64,000 nt of DNA from Eledone cirrhosa. Its lineage: Eukaryota. Below the pieces are notes generated by a model. That model saw only the letters and a program-made list of their open reading frames with translations. It was not told where the DNA came from and made no database searches. The stretch is taken from positions 88,536,001-88,600,000 of the forward strand of contig OZ024745.1 in the NCBI GenBank assembly GCA_964016885.1, in the 5' to 3' direction. Position numbers and translations under genes: made by a program. Positions 14,181-25,665 of this stretch are shown piece after piece; within the stretch, counting starts at the first letter, position 1, and each line of letters opens with the position of its first letter.

Positions 14181-14182
<2 letters not shown>
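12908..14182 (+). repeat. Tandem array of ~2.9 x 442-444 bp units, each with a minimal type I HHR (retrozyme-like or tandem pLTR)
   Basis: Units start at 12908, 13350 and 13794 and are nearly identical. HHRs at 12978-13020, 13420-13462 and 13863-13905 read acggtg-CTGACGA-tagc(taataa)gctt-GAAA-ctag-TA-catcgt. Confidence 0.9.
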
Positions 14183-14236
<54 letters not shown>

Positions 14237-14489
14237 CATATATATACCATTACACCCATCCGTACATAAATGCTGTCATACATACATACGCACCTACATA
14301 TATACATACATACATACATACATACACACATATATACAGGTTTACATACACACATACATACAAACTTACATTTACATGCATACAAACATACATACAAACA
14401 TATATACATACATACATAAAAATCCATACATACATACATATACATACATACATATACATACATACTGACATTATTACATTATATTGTAA

Positions 14490-14680
14490 GGGTGGTGGAT
14501 TGGCAATATAGGTAGAGGGTCGGACGCCATGCTTTCCAGCATAGTTACGTCCCTTTACGATCTGAGTTCAAATCCCGCCGAGGTTGACTTTGCCTTTCAT
14601 CCTTACGGGGTCGATAAAATAAAGTACCAGTAATGCACTGGGTAATTGCTGGCCTTGTGCCTAAAGTAGAAACAATTATT
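14490..14680 (+). mobile_element. tRNA-derived Nin-domain SINE (full length)
   Basis: tggattggcaatataggtag..gagttcaaatcccgccgaggttgactttgcctttcatccttacggggtcgataaaataaagtaccag..ggccttgtgcctaaagtagaaac. Confidence 0.9.
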
Positions 14681-15299
14681 ACATTATATTGTCTATCAAA
14701 TTTTCTCTACACATCAATAGTGATTACTATGGAATAAAGCTAAAATCTGAATTTCAAGCATATAATAAATCAGTAACGTAGCCAAAGTATATTTTATTTA
14801 GATTTTATGTCGAATATAGTTTCAAATCTGTTGTCTTAAGAAGTGTTTAATTATCAGGAAGATTCTGAAGGATTTTCAACTCTGCTATGAACTAATTACT
14901 GCTGCAGTTTTATTACTTTCGACCTATAGCAAGAATTGAAATATAATTTTTCTCTTTAAGGTATAATAATAGCTAAGGTTTCCTTTAAATAATTCAATAT
15001 AACTTCTTTTCGAAATATCCTTCAAAACTTTAATTGTCATTATAGGTTTATAGACGTTGGTACTAAATGCCAAACAGTTAAAACGATTTATTTTCATTAT
15101 AAAACCATGATATAAATGTGTACTGTTATGTCTGTTGTTTAGCGACAGATCAACCCTGATTAAACAGACCAGTAATAGAAATGTTCTAACCTAAGACATT
15201 CCATCATATTTAGGTATATTATATTGAAGAAATACCAGTATAAAGTACCAGTAGTGGACTGGGTAATTGCTGGCTTTGTGCCAAAAAGTAGAAACAATT

Positions 15300-15830
15300 A
15301 TATTAAGAACTACATTATCCAAAACGTCAGTCTCTATTCCTGACGAGATTTCATTGCTATATCAAACGTCCCACCATATTTAGGTATAGTTTATCAAGAA
15401 CGACATTATCCAAAACTCCCGGCTCTGTTCTGGGCGAGATTTCATTGTGATTCAAATATTCAAGCTTATTTAGGTACAGTGTATAAAGATCAAGAACGAC
15501 ATTATTTAAAACGTCAGTCTCTATTCTGGACGAGATTTCATTCTATATCAAACATTCCACGATAGTTAGTTGCAGTGTATTAAGAACGAGATTATTCAAA
15601 ACGTCAGTCTCTGTTCTGAACAAGATTTCATTATGATTTAAATATTCCAGCTTATTTAGGTACAGTGTATCAAGAACTAAATTATCCAAAACATCCGGCT
15701 ATATTCTGAAGGAGATTTTATTGCTATATCAAACATTCCACCATATTTGGGTATAATATATTAAGAACTGCATTATCCATAACGTCCGTCTCTGTTTTGA
15801 AAGAGATTTTATTGCTATTTCAAACATGCC
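15300..15830. repeat. Diverged ~90 bp minisatellite, about 6 copies, with alternating A/B variants
   Basis: The acattatccaaaacgtc-like anchor recurs at ~15313, 15403, 15499, 15589, 15679 and 15769. Confidence 0.85.
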
Positions 15831-15971
15831 TTCATTGACCATTACTCATTTTGTTGAGCGCATGGGCAAAACTTTCTCCCGCTTACTCTATTACACAAAT
15901 CAATAAATAATATGAAGCCCCCAATTAAAAGAAGAGGTGCCGTGTGTGAACGTCAGATAGCAGCTAAATTG

Positions 15972-16006
<35 letters not shown>

Positions 16007-16272
16007 TAAATATATATATACATATATATTATAACTACACGTACACATTCACACACGCACGCATATGTGTGATATACATACATACATAATAATAAAATGA
16101 TACTATTTATAGTTATGTATATGCTATAAACAACTATAAACAGGAAAGGTCAGTAATTTCTTACTAACTTATTACCAGTAAGAGAAATAGCTCAATGTAA
16201 CAACATCAGGTGTTTTACAGAGCAGTAAAATATACATACATACATACATACATACATACATACATACATACA

Positions 16273-16306
<34 letters not shown>

Positions 16307-16902
16307 CTTACTTATTTATGGTAGTCCTAAAATTGGGATTTATTCTTTTTGTTTGGAATCAGAAGAGAATTTGATTAGAAAGGCTCTCGCAATTACATGT
16401 TTATGCATTACCAATTTTATATGTGATTTATTACGGTTTTCTAAATATATTTTACGTTTCCTATCAAATATGGGAAAAATAAACAAGCTTCTAAGATTTA
16501 GCTTTCATTTTCAATCGCAATCATTCTCTATGTTAATTGTACGATTTTTTCTCCTCTTTTACCTTTTTGTAATGCGATGTCAATTCTATTTCGAAAAAAT
16601 AATACCGATTCCATGTTATATGTAATTACACTTTATATTACTACTGCTACAGCATCTTCTTCTGCTGCTTCTGTTGCTGTTGTCGCTCCTATTGCTTGTG
16701 TTGTTGTTTGGTTTGTTAATGATGGCGTTTTGTGATCTCTGTGGTAGGATAGTAGGTTATTGTATTATACGTATTTAGATCTCAATTTTTATCGGTTCGT
16801 TTCGTGTTCTTTTCAGAATAAAAAAAAAACAAATCTGCTGTTCTTGTCATATTAGAAATATCTCATCCTTGGGTTGCTTCTATTAAAAGCTAATGCAGTG
16901 AA

Positions 16903-16993
<91 letters not shown>

Positions 16994-19744
16994 AGTATAT
17001 TTTATGAAGAATTAGGGTTGTAACTATGTTTTATTTTATTATATTACAACAGGTTATTTATATAAATATTTATATAAAACATTTTGGTGAGTATATATGT
17101 TGTTTTTATTAATAGATAGATAATTTAAATATGTTTTATATATCTTAAGGGTTTAGATGAATTCCTTGTTTACATTTTCAATATATATTTAGGAAAAAGG
17201 AAGTAGTTCTATTTTATTATAGAAGATTATTTTGTACACTCAATATTTGCATCAAGATACGAATACATTTACAAAATTTACGAAGTTAACGAAATTATAC
17301 AAAATCATTTAATATTTATGTAAAATTGAGTTGTTATTTAGAAGAAATGTGTAAACATGTTACATTACAAAGGAAAAGGTAACTCCAATATTTCTTAGTT
17401 AAAATAGTTAAGTTATATTTGCCTTTTATACTAGAATTTACTTTTTAAAAAAATATTCAATTAGACAGAACAATTTTGATATCACAATGGGATCATCTGA
17501 CTCAGCCTAAGTAACAGACCTCGTTGGAATATTTATTCCTAAGGTACTACATAGAAAAATGCCAGAGATGGCCGGAGCTTTATGTTACTTATAGTTGATA
17601 TCCATACCAATAGCGAACTTAGTAGGAAAAAGAAAACTATCATAGAATTTTTCAATAATTATAACCTTAAATTAGAAATTGAGATTAATAATAAAACTGT
17701 TAACTTTAGGTCAGGTCTATATTACCCATTCCATAAGATTAATGAAAACCTAAACTATGTAAGCTTCCATTCTAATCATCCTAGAAATGTCAAAAATGCT
17801 ATTATCAATAATGTCCAACAACGAATTTCACGCATTTCAGCAATAAAAATATTTTTGATAATAAGGCAGAATATTAAAATGATGCTTTACATAGAGCTGG
17901 CTACACGAATAAAATTAAATACTTAGATAACAAAAACATGCAAAATCTACCTAAAATTGACTATAATGATAATAAGCAATTTAACATAAATAGTAAATCA
18001 AACAAAAGAACTAGAACTAGAAATATTATTTGGTACTCTCCCCTAATCTCGTTAGGAGTTAAAACACTGTAGTAAACCTATTTTAATAGCATTAGATAAG
18101 TGTTTTCCTAAATCACATAGATTCCACTCTATTTTTAACAGACATACTATAAAACTATCTTACTCTACTACTATAAACATAGCACAAAATATTAATAGAA
18201 TTAATAATAGAAACTTAAATTTAAACCTAACCCAAATAAATAAAGATTGCAATAATAATATTACTAATAACAGTATTAATACTAATAACAATCGTACCGT
18301 TCCTGTAGACAACAACTCTAGAAAATGTAACTGTAGAAACGAATTAAAGTACCCTTTACAGAATAATTGTCTAGATAAAAACGTATTATATAAAAACAGT
18401 AAAAACTGGAGATAAAATATATAACTATATAGGAGCCACTTCTACAACAATAAGGAACGATGGTATAATCACAAACACACATTTAATAGATCAGACAAAA
18501 AAATTTCAACATCACTTTCACATCTAAGTTGGTATTTAAAAGACAATAATATCGACTATTCAATCTCTTGGGGAACGATTTCGAAAGCGCCCGCATACCG
18601 AAATATGGCTCTCTCAAGAATTTGTCATTTGGGTATTGAGGAAATATTTCATATACTTGCCAATCAAAATTCTATTAATAAAAAGAAAGAATTATTCAAC
18701 TCTTGTAAACATCGCCAAACTAAGACGTTCGGAAGTATCTACAATCTATAGAAAATATTATCTATATCTCACTTGTTTACATTTTATATGATATTTTTTT
18801 TAAATGTTATTCTTTTTAAATGACTTTTTGAAATATAACTTTTGTGATGGTTTTAATGATGCTTCTGAATATCTTTTTGATGTCTGTAATATTCTTTCCT
18901 AATAGACTATATAGACATTGCAAATCTATTTATATAAATGCTTAATTTCATTAACATATGCATAGATATAAGGAATGCTATCTAAATACATATATAAAAT
19001 AATTTTTATCTTAGAAAATATGTAATATACGTTACTATAAAATCATATATTTTTTTTACATATATTCCACATATATCTTAATTGAATATTTAAAAAAAAA
19101 AGTAAATACTAGTATTAAAGGCAAATATAACAACTATTTTAACTAAGAAATATTGGAGATATCTTTTCCTTTATAATGTAACACGCTTACACATTTCTTC
19201 TAAGTAACAACTAAACTTTACATAAATATTACATATTTTTGTATAATTTCGTTAACTTCGTAAATTTTGTAAATGTTTTCGTATCTTGATGCAAATATTG
19301 AATGTACAAAATAATCTTCTATAATAAAATGGAACTACATCCTTTTTCATAAATATATATTGAAAATATAAACAAGAAATTCATCGAAACCCTTAACATA
19401 TATAAAAAATATTTAAATTATCTATCTATTAATAAAAACAACATATATACTCACCAAAATGTTTTATATAAATATTTATATAAATAACCTGTTGTAATAT
19501 AAAATCAAATATACTTATAACCCTAATTCTTCAGAAAATATACTTATAAATATTATCTCTATAACATTAAAACTCACTATTAGAATAGACCCAATGGTAA
19601 TATCTCTAACTTTTTTTAAATCGATATTCTACCACTTCAACACATTTAGAATTCTCATATTATATTATAGATACTACCAAAATATATAATTAAATAAAAT
19701 CCTTTCACTCTCTTTACACCTTCACTAATACGATCCATATATTA

Positions 19745-19928
19745 ATAATTGTTTTACTTTTGGGACAATGCCAGCAATTACCCAGTACATTACTGGTACT
19801 TTATTTTATCGACCCCGTAAGGATGAAAGGCAAAGTTGACCTTTGGCGGGAATTGAACTCAGATCATAAAGGGACGTAACTCTATGCTCCAAAGCATGGC
19901 GTCCGACTCTTTACCGATACTGCCAATC
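19745..19928 (-). mobile_element. Nin-domain SINE inserted in the PLE 3' UTR
   Basis: Reverse complement of the SINE consensus. Confidence 0.85.
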
Positions 19929-20231
19929 ATATATTAATAATAATAGTCTATTTCTAACTATAATATACTTTTTTCTTATATTCTTTCCTTAAATGTTCTT
20001 ACACTCTAATATTAATATTAACCTTTCTCTCTTCTCCCCTTAAAAAAGTATCCTAATAATTATTTAAATTTACCTAGTGTCTAAATATAACGATCTATTT
20101 CAACTTTACGTTATCCTCATTAACATATTCATCCTAAGATTTAGAATTTCTCTCACTAGTGAAAGAGAACTTAAAACGATAACGATAAGTTCTTGTTGTT
20201 GGATATGTCACTATTTATAAAACAACTTTTG

Positions 20232-20292
20232 TATTTTATCTGATGAGAGCGTACCAAAACTTTGGTACCCTTGAAATATATATAATAAAATA
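20232..20292 (+). ncRNA. Minimal type I hammerhead ribozyme
   Basis: tattttat-CTGATGA-gagcgtacca(aaactt)tggtaccctt-GAAA-tatata-TA-ataaaata, with a perfect 8 bp helix I and a palindromic helix III. Confidence 0.9.
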
Positions 20293-20403
20293 AATATGGT
20301 TTCATAAAGATAGTTTTCATTTATTAATATTATTTTGTAGAGTGCTTCGAATCTGTTATGAATAAATTTGTTGAATAACCAACAAATTAAATAACTCTTT
20401 GCT

Positions 20404-20481
<78 letters not shown>

Positions 20482-21067
20482 CGTGCGTGTGTGTGTGTAA
20501 ATAAAATACATGCGTATACATGCTCTTGCACGGTATCACGCTCATCATAGAAATAAGTGAAATGGTTTTTCGTCGGTTGCGAAATGACTATTTATTCGTT
20601 CGCTTAACTGGATTAACTGCTCATTGAATTAATGTGGAAATGACGGATTTCTTCCCCAGAAATACGTATATGTACTTAACGTATTTATCAGGTAGTGTCA
20701 GCGTGAGACAGTTTGTGACAAGGTCAATTCCTTGAATTATAGGTACAGTATATTAGGTGACTGGACATTGAATTACAGTGAATCAAATACAATATGTTTA
20801 ATGAAGATATATTTAGTTACTGAGAGCAAAGGATCACAGACACGTGCTTCATATTTATAAAAAAAAAACAGACCTTTTAAAAGAAAACTTTTAACAACTA
20901 TTACTGAAATAACATATTCTACATGATGCAACGTTGACGACTAGAAAATAGTTAACAATTGTTGTAATCAGTTTAAGTATAGTAGCGGTGCATCGCACAA
21001 AGCATTTAGCTGTAGGAGTGCCTAACGAAAATACTATTTTATATAATGGATAAAATAATTGAGTGAA

Positions 21068-21490
21068 GGCGCATTTACTTAGTGGTTAAAGAGTTGGGCT
21101 TGCAATTGAAAGGTTGTGAGTTCGATTCTCGGACCGTGTGATGCGCTGTGTCCTTGAGCAAGACACTTTATTTCACGTTGTTCCACTTTTCTCGGCTGCA
21201 GAAATGAGTTGCCATGTCACTGGTGCCAAGCTTTATCAGCCATTGCCTTTCCATTGGACAACATCATATGTAGTATATAATCTATATAATATATATATAG
21301 TGTACATATGTTACAACATGATCGGTACCAAGCTGTATCGAACTTCGCCTTTCTCTTGGACAATATCAGTGCGTGGAGAGGGGAGACTGGTATGCATGGA
21401 CGACTGCAGGTCTTCCACAAACAAGCCTTACCTAGGCTTGTGCCTGGGAGGGAAACCTTTCCAGGTGCAAATGACCAATGAGTGCCTTTT
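21068..21490 (+). mobile_element. Second tRNA-derived SINE family (CORE-like domain)
   Basis: tagtggtt A-box, gagttcgattc B-box and tgtgtccttgagcaagacact. A related copy is at 40580-40720. Confidence 0.8.
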
Positions 21491-21527
21491 TTTGTTATAA
21501 TTTGACACCCTCTCTCTTACTAAGCTA

Positions 21528-21720
21528 TAATTGTTTCTACTTCTGGCACAAGGCCAGCAATTATCTCAGTGCATTACTGGTACTTTATTTAATCGACCCC
21601 GTAAGGATGAAAGGCAAAGTTAACCTTGGCGGGTTTTGAACTCAGAATGACAAGGGCCGTAACTCTATGCGTCAAAGCATGGTGTCCGACTCTCTACCGA
21701 TACTGCCAATCTACCGCCCC
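21528..21720 (-). mobile_element. Nin-domain SINE
   Basis: Reverse complement of the SINE consensus. Confidence 0.85.
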
Positions 21721-23504
21721 TTGCCAATCCACCACCCCTAGCCAATCCACCGCACCTTTTTTTTTAAGGTTACAAGTACCTCTTGACTAGGATTGAACCC
21801 AAGGTCAGGATCTCCACTGTCTCTAGTACCTACCGCTAGGCCACAGAGACAATTAGGAGGAGTTTAACTTAGCACTTCTTATTAACAAGTTACTTTTCAA
21901 GGTTATATTGCAATGGCGTTTTAAAGTTCTTAATCTGTACGTACTCACAGCTGAAAAATACACACGAATATTTTATTAAGGGTTTGAAACAATAATTTAA
22001 GGTAAGGAATTTCGTATCATTTCTAGCGCCAAACAAATTTATGCTCCAATGTTTGATATTGCTCAACTGTAAAGAAAGAACCACAAGGTAAGAAGATAAT
22101 ACAGCCTTAAAATGCAACTGCGTAGTAAACTTGACAAATGTTAGCTAGCTTGAAATGCTGATTTAAATTGTGAGGAGAATGCTGAATTATGTAGTCCATT
22201 ATATAAATGCATTTTTTTTTCATTTGTAGCCCCATATAATTCAGAATTGTAATCTATATACCACCGCCATATTTGAAGATACCTGAAATAGATTGCATAA
22301 AATAAACAAGTCACGTTTGTTATTAAAACGTTCCCTAATAGGAGAGTGCATGCCATAAATTGATTGACTGAGTAAAAATATGATGACCGTGACACTAATG
22401 CGAAAAAGGCGCATGCGTACGCATGCACTCACATAAACGCATCTACAAATATAAGTATTTAGATCCATATGTACACGCGCCCGTGTGTGTGTGAATATTT
22501 TGTTTTAGATATCTGTAAGCCAACAAATCAAAATATACACATCCTACCCTAACACTAGTAACTACTTTCAGCGAGACTGAAAATAGGTTATTTCATACTT
22601 ATCGGATTCCTCACTCTTAACTTTAATATCATTTTTTAGAAGATAGCACTATTCTTACCTATTCGGAGAAAACAATCCTTTTTGTCGCAGAAAGATAGCA
22701 CGAAGATTACTTATTCATTCCTTACAGTTGTGAGGGAGTGTGACTTCGCTTCCTCCACGGTGGAAAATCCAAATTCAACCGTCCCATATATTTTTCCTCG
22801 CGGGATGTGTGGAATCTTTGCTCCCACACACTCTCAAGTGCCTTTTAAATGTTAGATTCGGTGGCACGTTCGACCTTTAGCGACTTCGGGTATATGGTTT
22901 GGTATATAACAGTGATGAGACGTGTCTACTAAATTACATTTTGGGGGATCTTGAAGACGACTCAGTGGCCGCTCTTTTTCACTATGGCCGTGGTGTTTTA
23001 CCAGGTTTTCGTTATATGTTATGTTCCCTGTATTTTGGGCAGCGCCCTGCAAACGACTTGTTCGTTGTTTGAGAAACTATTTTGCTGGACGGCTTGGTAG
23101 GTAGCTCGCCAGTTTGGTTGGCTTGAAGTTTGGTTGGTCATCTGGACAGCAGATCACTTGGTTTACTAGCTTTCTTGTTGTCTGGCTAGTTGGTTGGCAG
23201 GTTTATTTGTTCGCTTCTTGGCTCGCCTGTTGACTGATTGGCTAGCTGGTTGTAGGTTGGCTGGCTGATGTTTTTTATTTGTTGATTGGCGAGCTGGCAG
23301 GCAGTGTGGGGATATCGTTCTCCGCGAAATTAGCATTTGTGGTGGTGTGGTGGTGGTGATTTTGCTATTTTAGTTTTTATCACTGTTACTGTTGTCCTTG
23401 TTGTTATTGATGGCGTAGATGTTGTCTGTAGGGGTGTTAGTGACAGCGGTGGTGGTGATGGCATCGTTATTTCTTTACATTTTACAGCCATAATAAAAAT
23501 TTAA

Positions 23505-23653
23505 ATAATTGTTTCTACTTTTGGCACAAGGCCAGCAATTACCCAGTGTATTACTGGCACTTTATTTTATCGACCTCGTAAGGATGAAAGGCAAAGTTAA
23601 CCTCGGCAGGATTTGAACTCAGACCGTAAAGGGACGTAACTATGCTCGAAAGA
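23505..23653 (-). mobile_element. Nin-domain SINE (5'-truncated)
   Basis: Reverse complement of the SINE consensus. Confidence 0.85.
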
Positions 23654-24129
23654 TTTAAATAATCATAATCAAATGTATTTCAAATAACAAAAACACTACA
23701 GATATTGAAAAAATGGAAAATGAAGGAAAGAGAAAAGGCTCTTGGGTCTCAGAAGAATGGGAGGGGAAAAAGGTAGCATGATTGGCTCTATCCCAGGGAG
23801 CGGAGTTGGTGGGGCTGCGCTCCGCGGACTGGGCTGTAGCATTTCCATCTAGCAAATTGAAACATGATTTTTACATACAGTTTTTCACTGTTCTGTTTTC
23901 TGGATGTGGAAGTGTTGTTCGCCTCCGTTTCTTCAAAAAGATAGATATTAGGGGTGTAATTGTAATTATATTTGGAATATTTGGGTCCAAGGCCTAAATA
24001 TGATGGGGTCATCTTTTTCGGGGGCAATGTATGGCGCATTATTTACCCTACATTACAAACATTTCAACAAGGAACATTTTAAAAGCAGATGAAAAATAAC
24101 AAACGGCTACTTGAAAACCAATAATAATA

Positions 24130-24282
24130 ATGTTTTTACTTTGGCACAAGGCCAGCAATTACCCCAGTGCATTACTGGTGCTTTATTTTATCGACACCGC
24201 AAGTTAAGATCGACGGGATTTGAACTCAGAACGTGAAGGGCCATAAGTCTATGCTTGCAAAGCATGGTGTCTGACGCTCTAA
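24130..24282 (-). mobile_element. Nin-domain SINE (internally deleted)
   Basis: Reverse complement of the SINE consensus. Confidence 0.8.
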
Positions 24283-24284
24283 TG

Positions 24285-24362
24285 AAAGAAGAAGAAGAAG
24301 AAGAAGAAGGATGGGGAGGAGGAGGAGGAGGAGGAGGAGGAGAAGGAGGGGGAGGAGAAGAA

Positions 24363-24405
<43 letters not shown>
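24285..24405. repeat. (GAA)n/(GGA)n trinucleotide repeat
   Basis: Seen directly. Confidence 0.95.
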
Positions 24406-24408
<3 letters not shown>

Positions 24409-24700
24409 TCCCAAACATGTACGTACCAGCAATATATCTTGCAAAGAAATAGAGAAATTATTCAAATATAAAGATCGGGACTTAGAAATAACATGAAGAT
24501 GGATGTTTGAAAACAAAACAATCCTTGCCCTGGGGATAATAAAATACACACAGAAATATATAATGAAAACCCAAGGACTAACAAATATTTCAGCCTACAG
24601 AAAATATCACTACTAGCCATTCCTCAAATATGAAATGGACTTTCCATACAATTGAAACTAAAATATCAAAACAAAACTCCAAATACCCAAGGCACATAGA
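24405..24700 (+). mobile_element. Decayed R4/Dong-like LINE extreme 3' fragment
   Basis: KEIEKLFKYKD..LEI..W..KT..LG..LQKI.L-like residues of the RLE C-terminus. Confidence 0.5.
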
Positions 24701-24782
24701 TCTATGCCCGGTAATATAGTGGCAGCACGCAATGAGAATACGTCTAATGATGCTGATGATGATTTATAATGGTGATAATAAT

Positions 24783-25356
24783 AATTGTTTCTACTTTAGG
24801 CACAAGGGCAGCAATTGCCCAGTACATCACTGGTACTTTATTTTATCGACCCCGTAAGGATAAAAGGCAAAGTTAACCTCGGCAGGATTTGAACTCAGAC
24901 CGTAAAAGGATGTAACTCTATGCTCCAAAGAATGGCGTCCGATCTTCTACCGATACTGCCAAATAATAATAATGGTACAAGGCCAGCAATTTGGGGGAGG
25001 GGAAAGTCGATTAAATCGACCCAGTGCGTAACTGGTACTTTAGTTTATCGACCCCGTGAGGATGAAAGGCAAAGATAACTTCGGCGGGATTTGAAGTCAG
25101 ATCATATAGGGCCATAACTCTATACTGCAAAGCATGGCGCCCTACCCTCTACCGATGCTGCCAAATAATAATAATTGCTTCTACATTTGGCACAAGGCCA
25201 GCAAATATCCAGTAAATTACTGGTACTTTCTTTTATGGACCCCGTAAGGACGAAAGGCAAAGTTAACCTCGACGGGAATTGAACTCAGACCGTAAAGTGA
25301 GGTAACTATGGTGGAAAGCATGGCGTCCGACCCTCTACCAATACTGCTAATTCACC
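24783..25356 (-). mobile_element. Three head-to-tail Nin-domain SINE copies
   Basis: Copies at ~24783-24962, 24974-25163 and 25172-25356, separated by (AAT)n. Confidence 0.88.
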
Positions 25357-25570
25357 ATAACTATAATGGTAATGTATAACAATCAGTTTTCTATGGAGCT
25401 GAAAAATGTGTCATAACACACCATCACCCAAGGTTGAGACCTAGTGGAATGTTCGGGAATAGCCAGATATCCAAGCAAAATGACAACGCCACCATCACCA
25501 CCACCAATAATAATAATAATTATTATTATTAGTATTATCATTATGATAATAATTGCGATATGTTATTTAT

Positions 25571-25665
25571 TTGACTTTGCCTTTCATCCTTACGGGGTCG
25601 ATAAAATAAAGTACCAGTAATGCACTGGTTCATTACTGGCCTTGTGCCTAAAGTAGAAACAGTTA
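25571..25665 (+). mobile_element. Nin-domain SINE 3' fragment
   Basis: ttgactttgcctttcatccttacggggtcgataaaataaagtaccag. Confidence 0.85.

Larger units (their letters stand above)
16992..20400 (+). mobile_element. Decayed 5'-truncated Naiad-type PLE (RT to GIY-YIG ~17465-18750) with an inverted copy of its 3' UTR in front and an HHR-bearing pLTR
   Basis: FDITMGSSDSA*VTDLVG..YPFHKINENLNYV..SNHP..CNCRNELKYPLQNNCL..YIG..NSCKHR. 16992-17463 is the reverse complement of ~19078-19547. A SINE is inserted at 19745-19928. Confidence 0.9.

Noticed and set aside
15338-15370. CTGACGA in the 90 bp minisatellite as an HHR
   Set aside because: It is present in only one unit, with no GAAA or helix III.
24188-24549. 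Poly-E/G/S/P/R ORFs
   Set aside because: They are translations of the (GAA)n/(GGA)n repeat.
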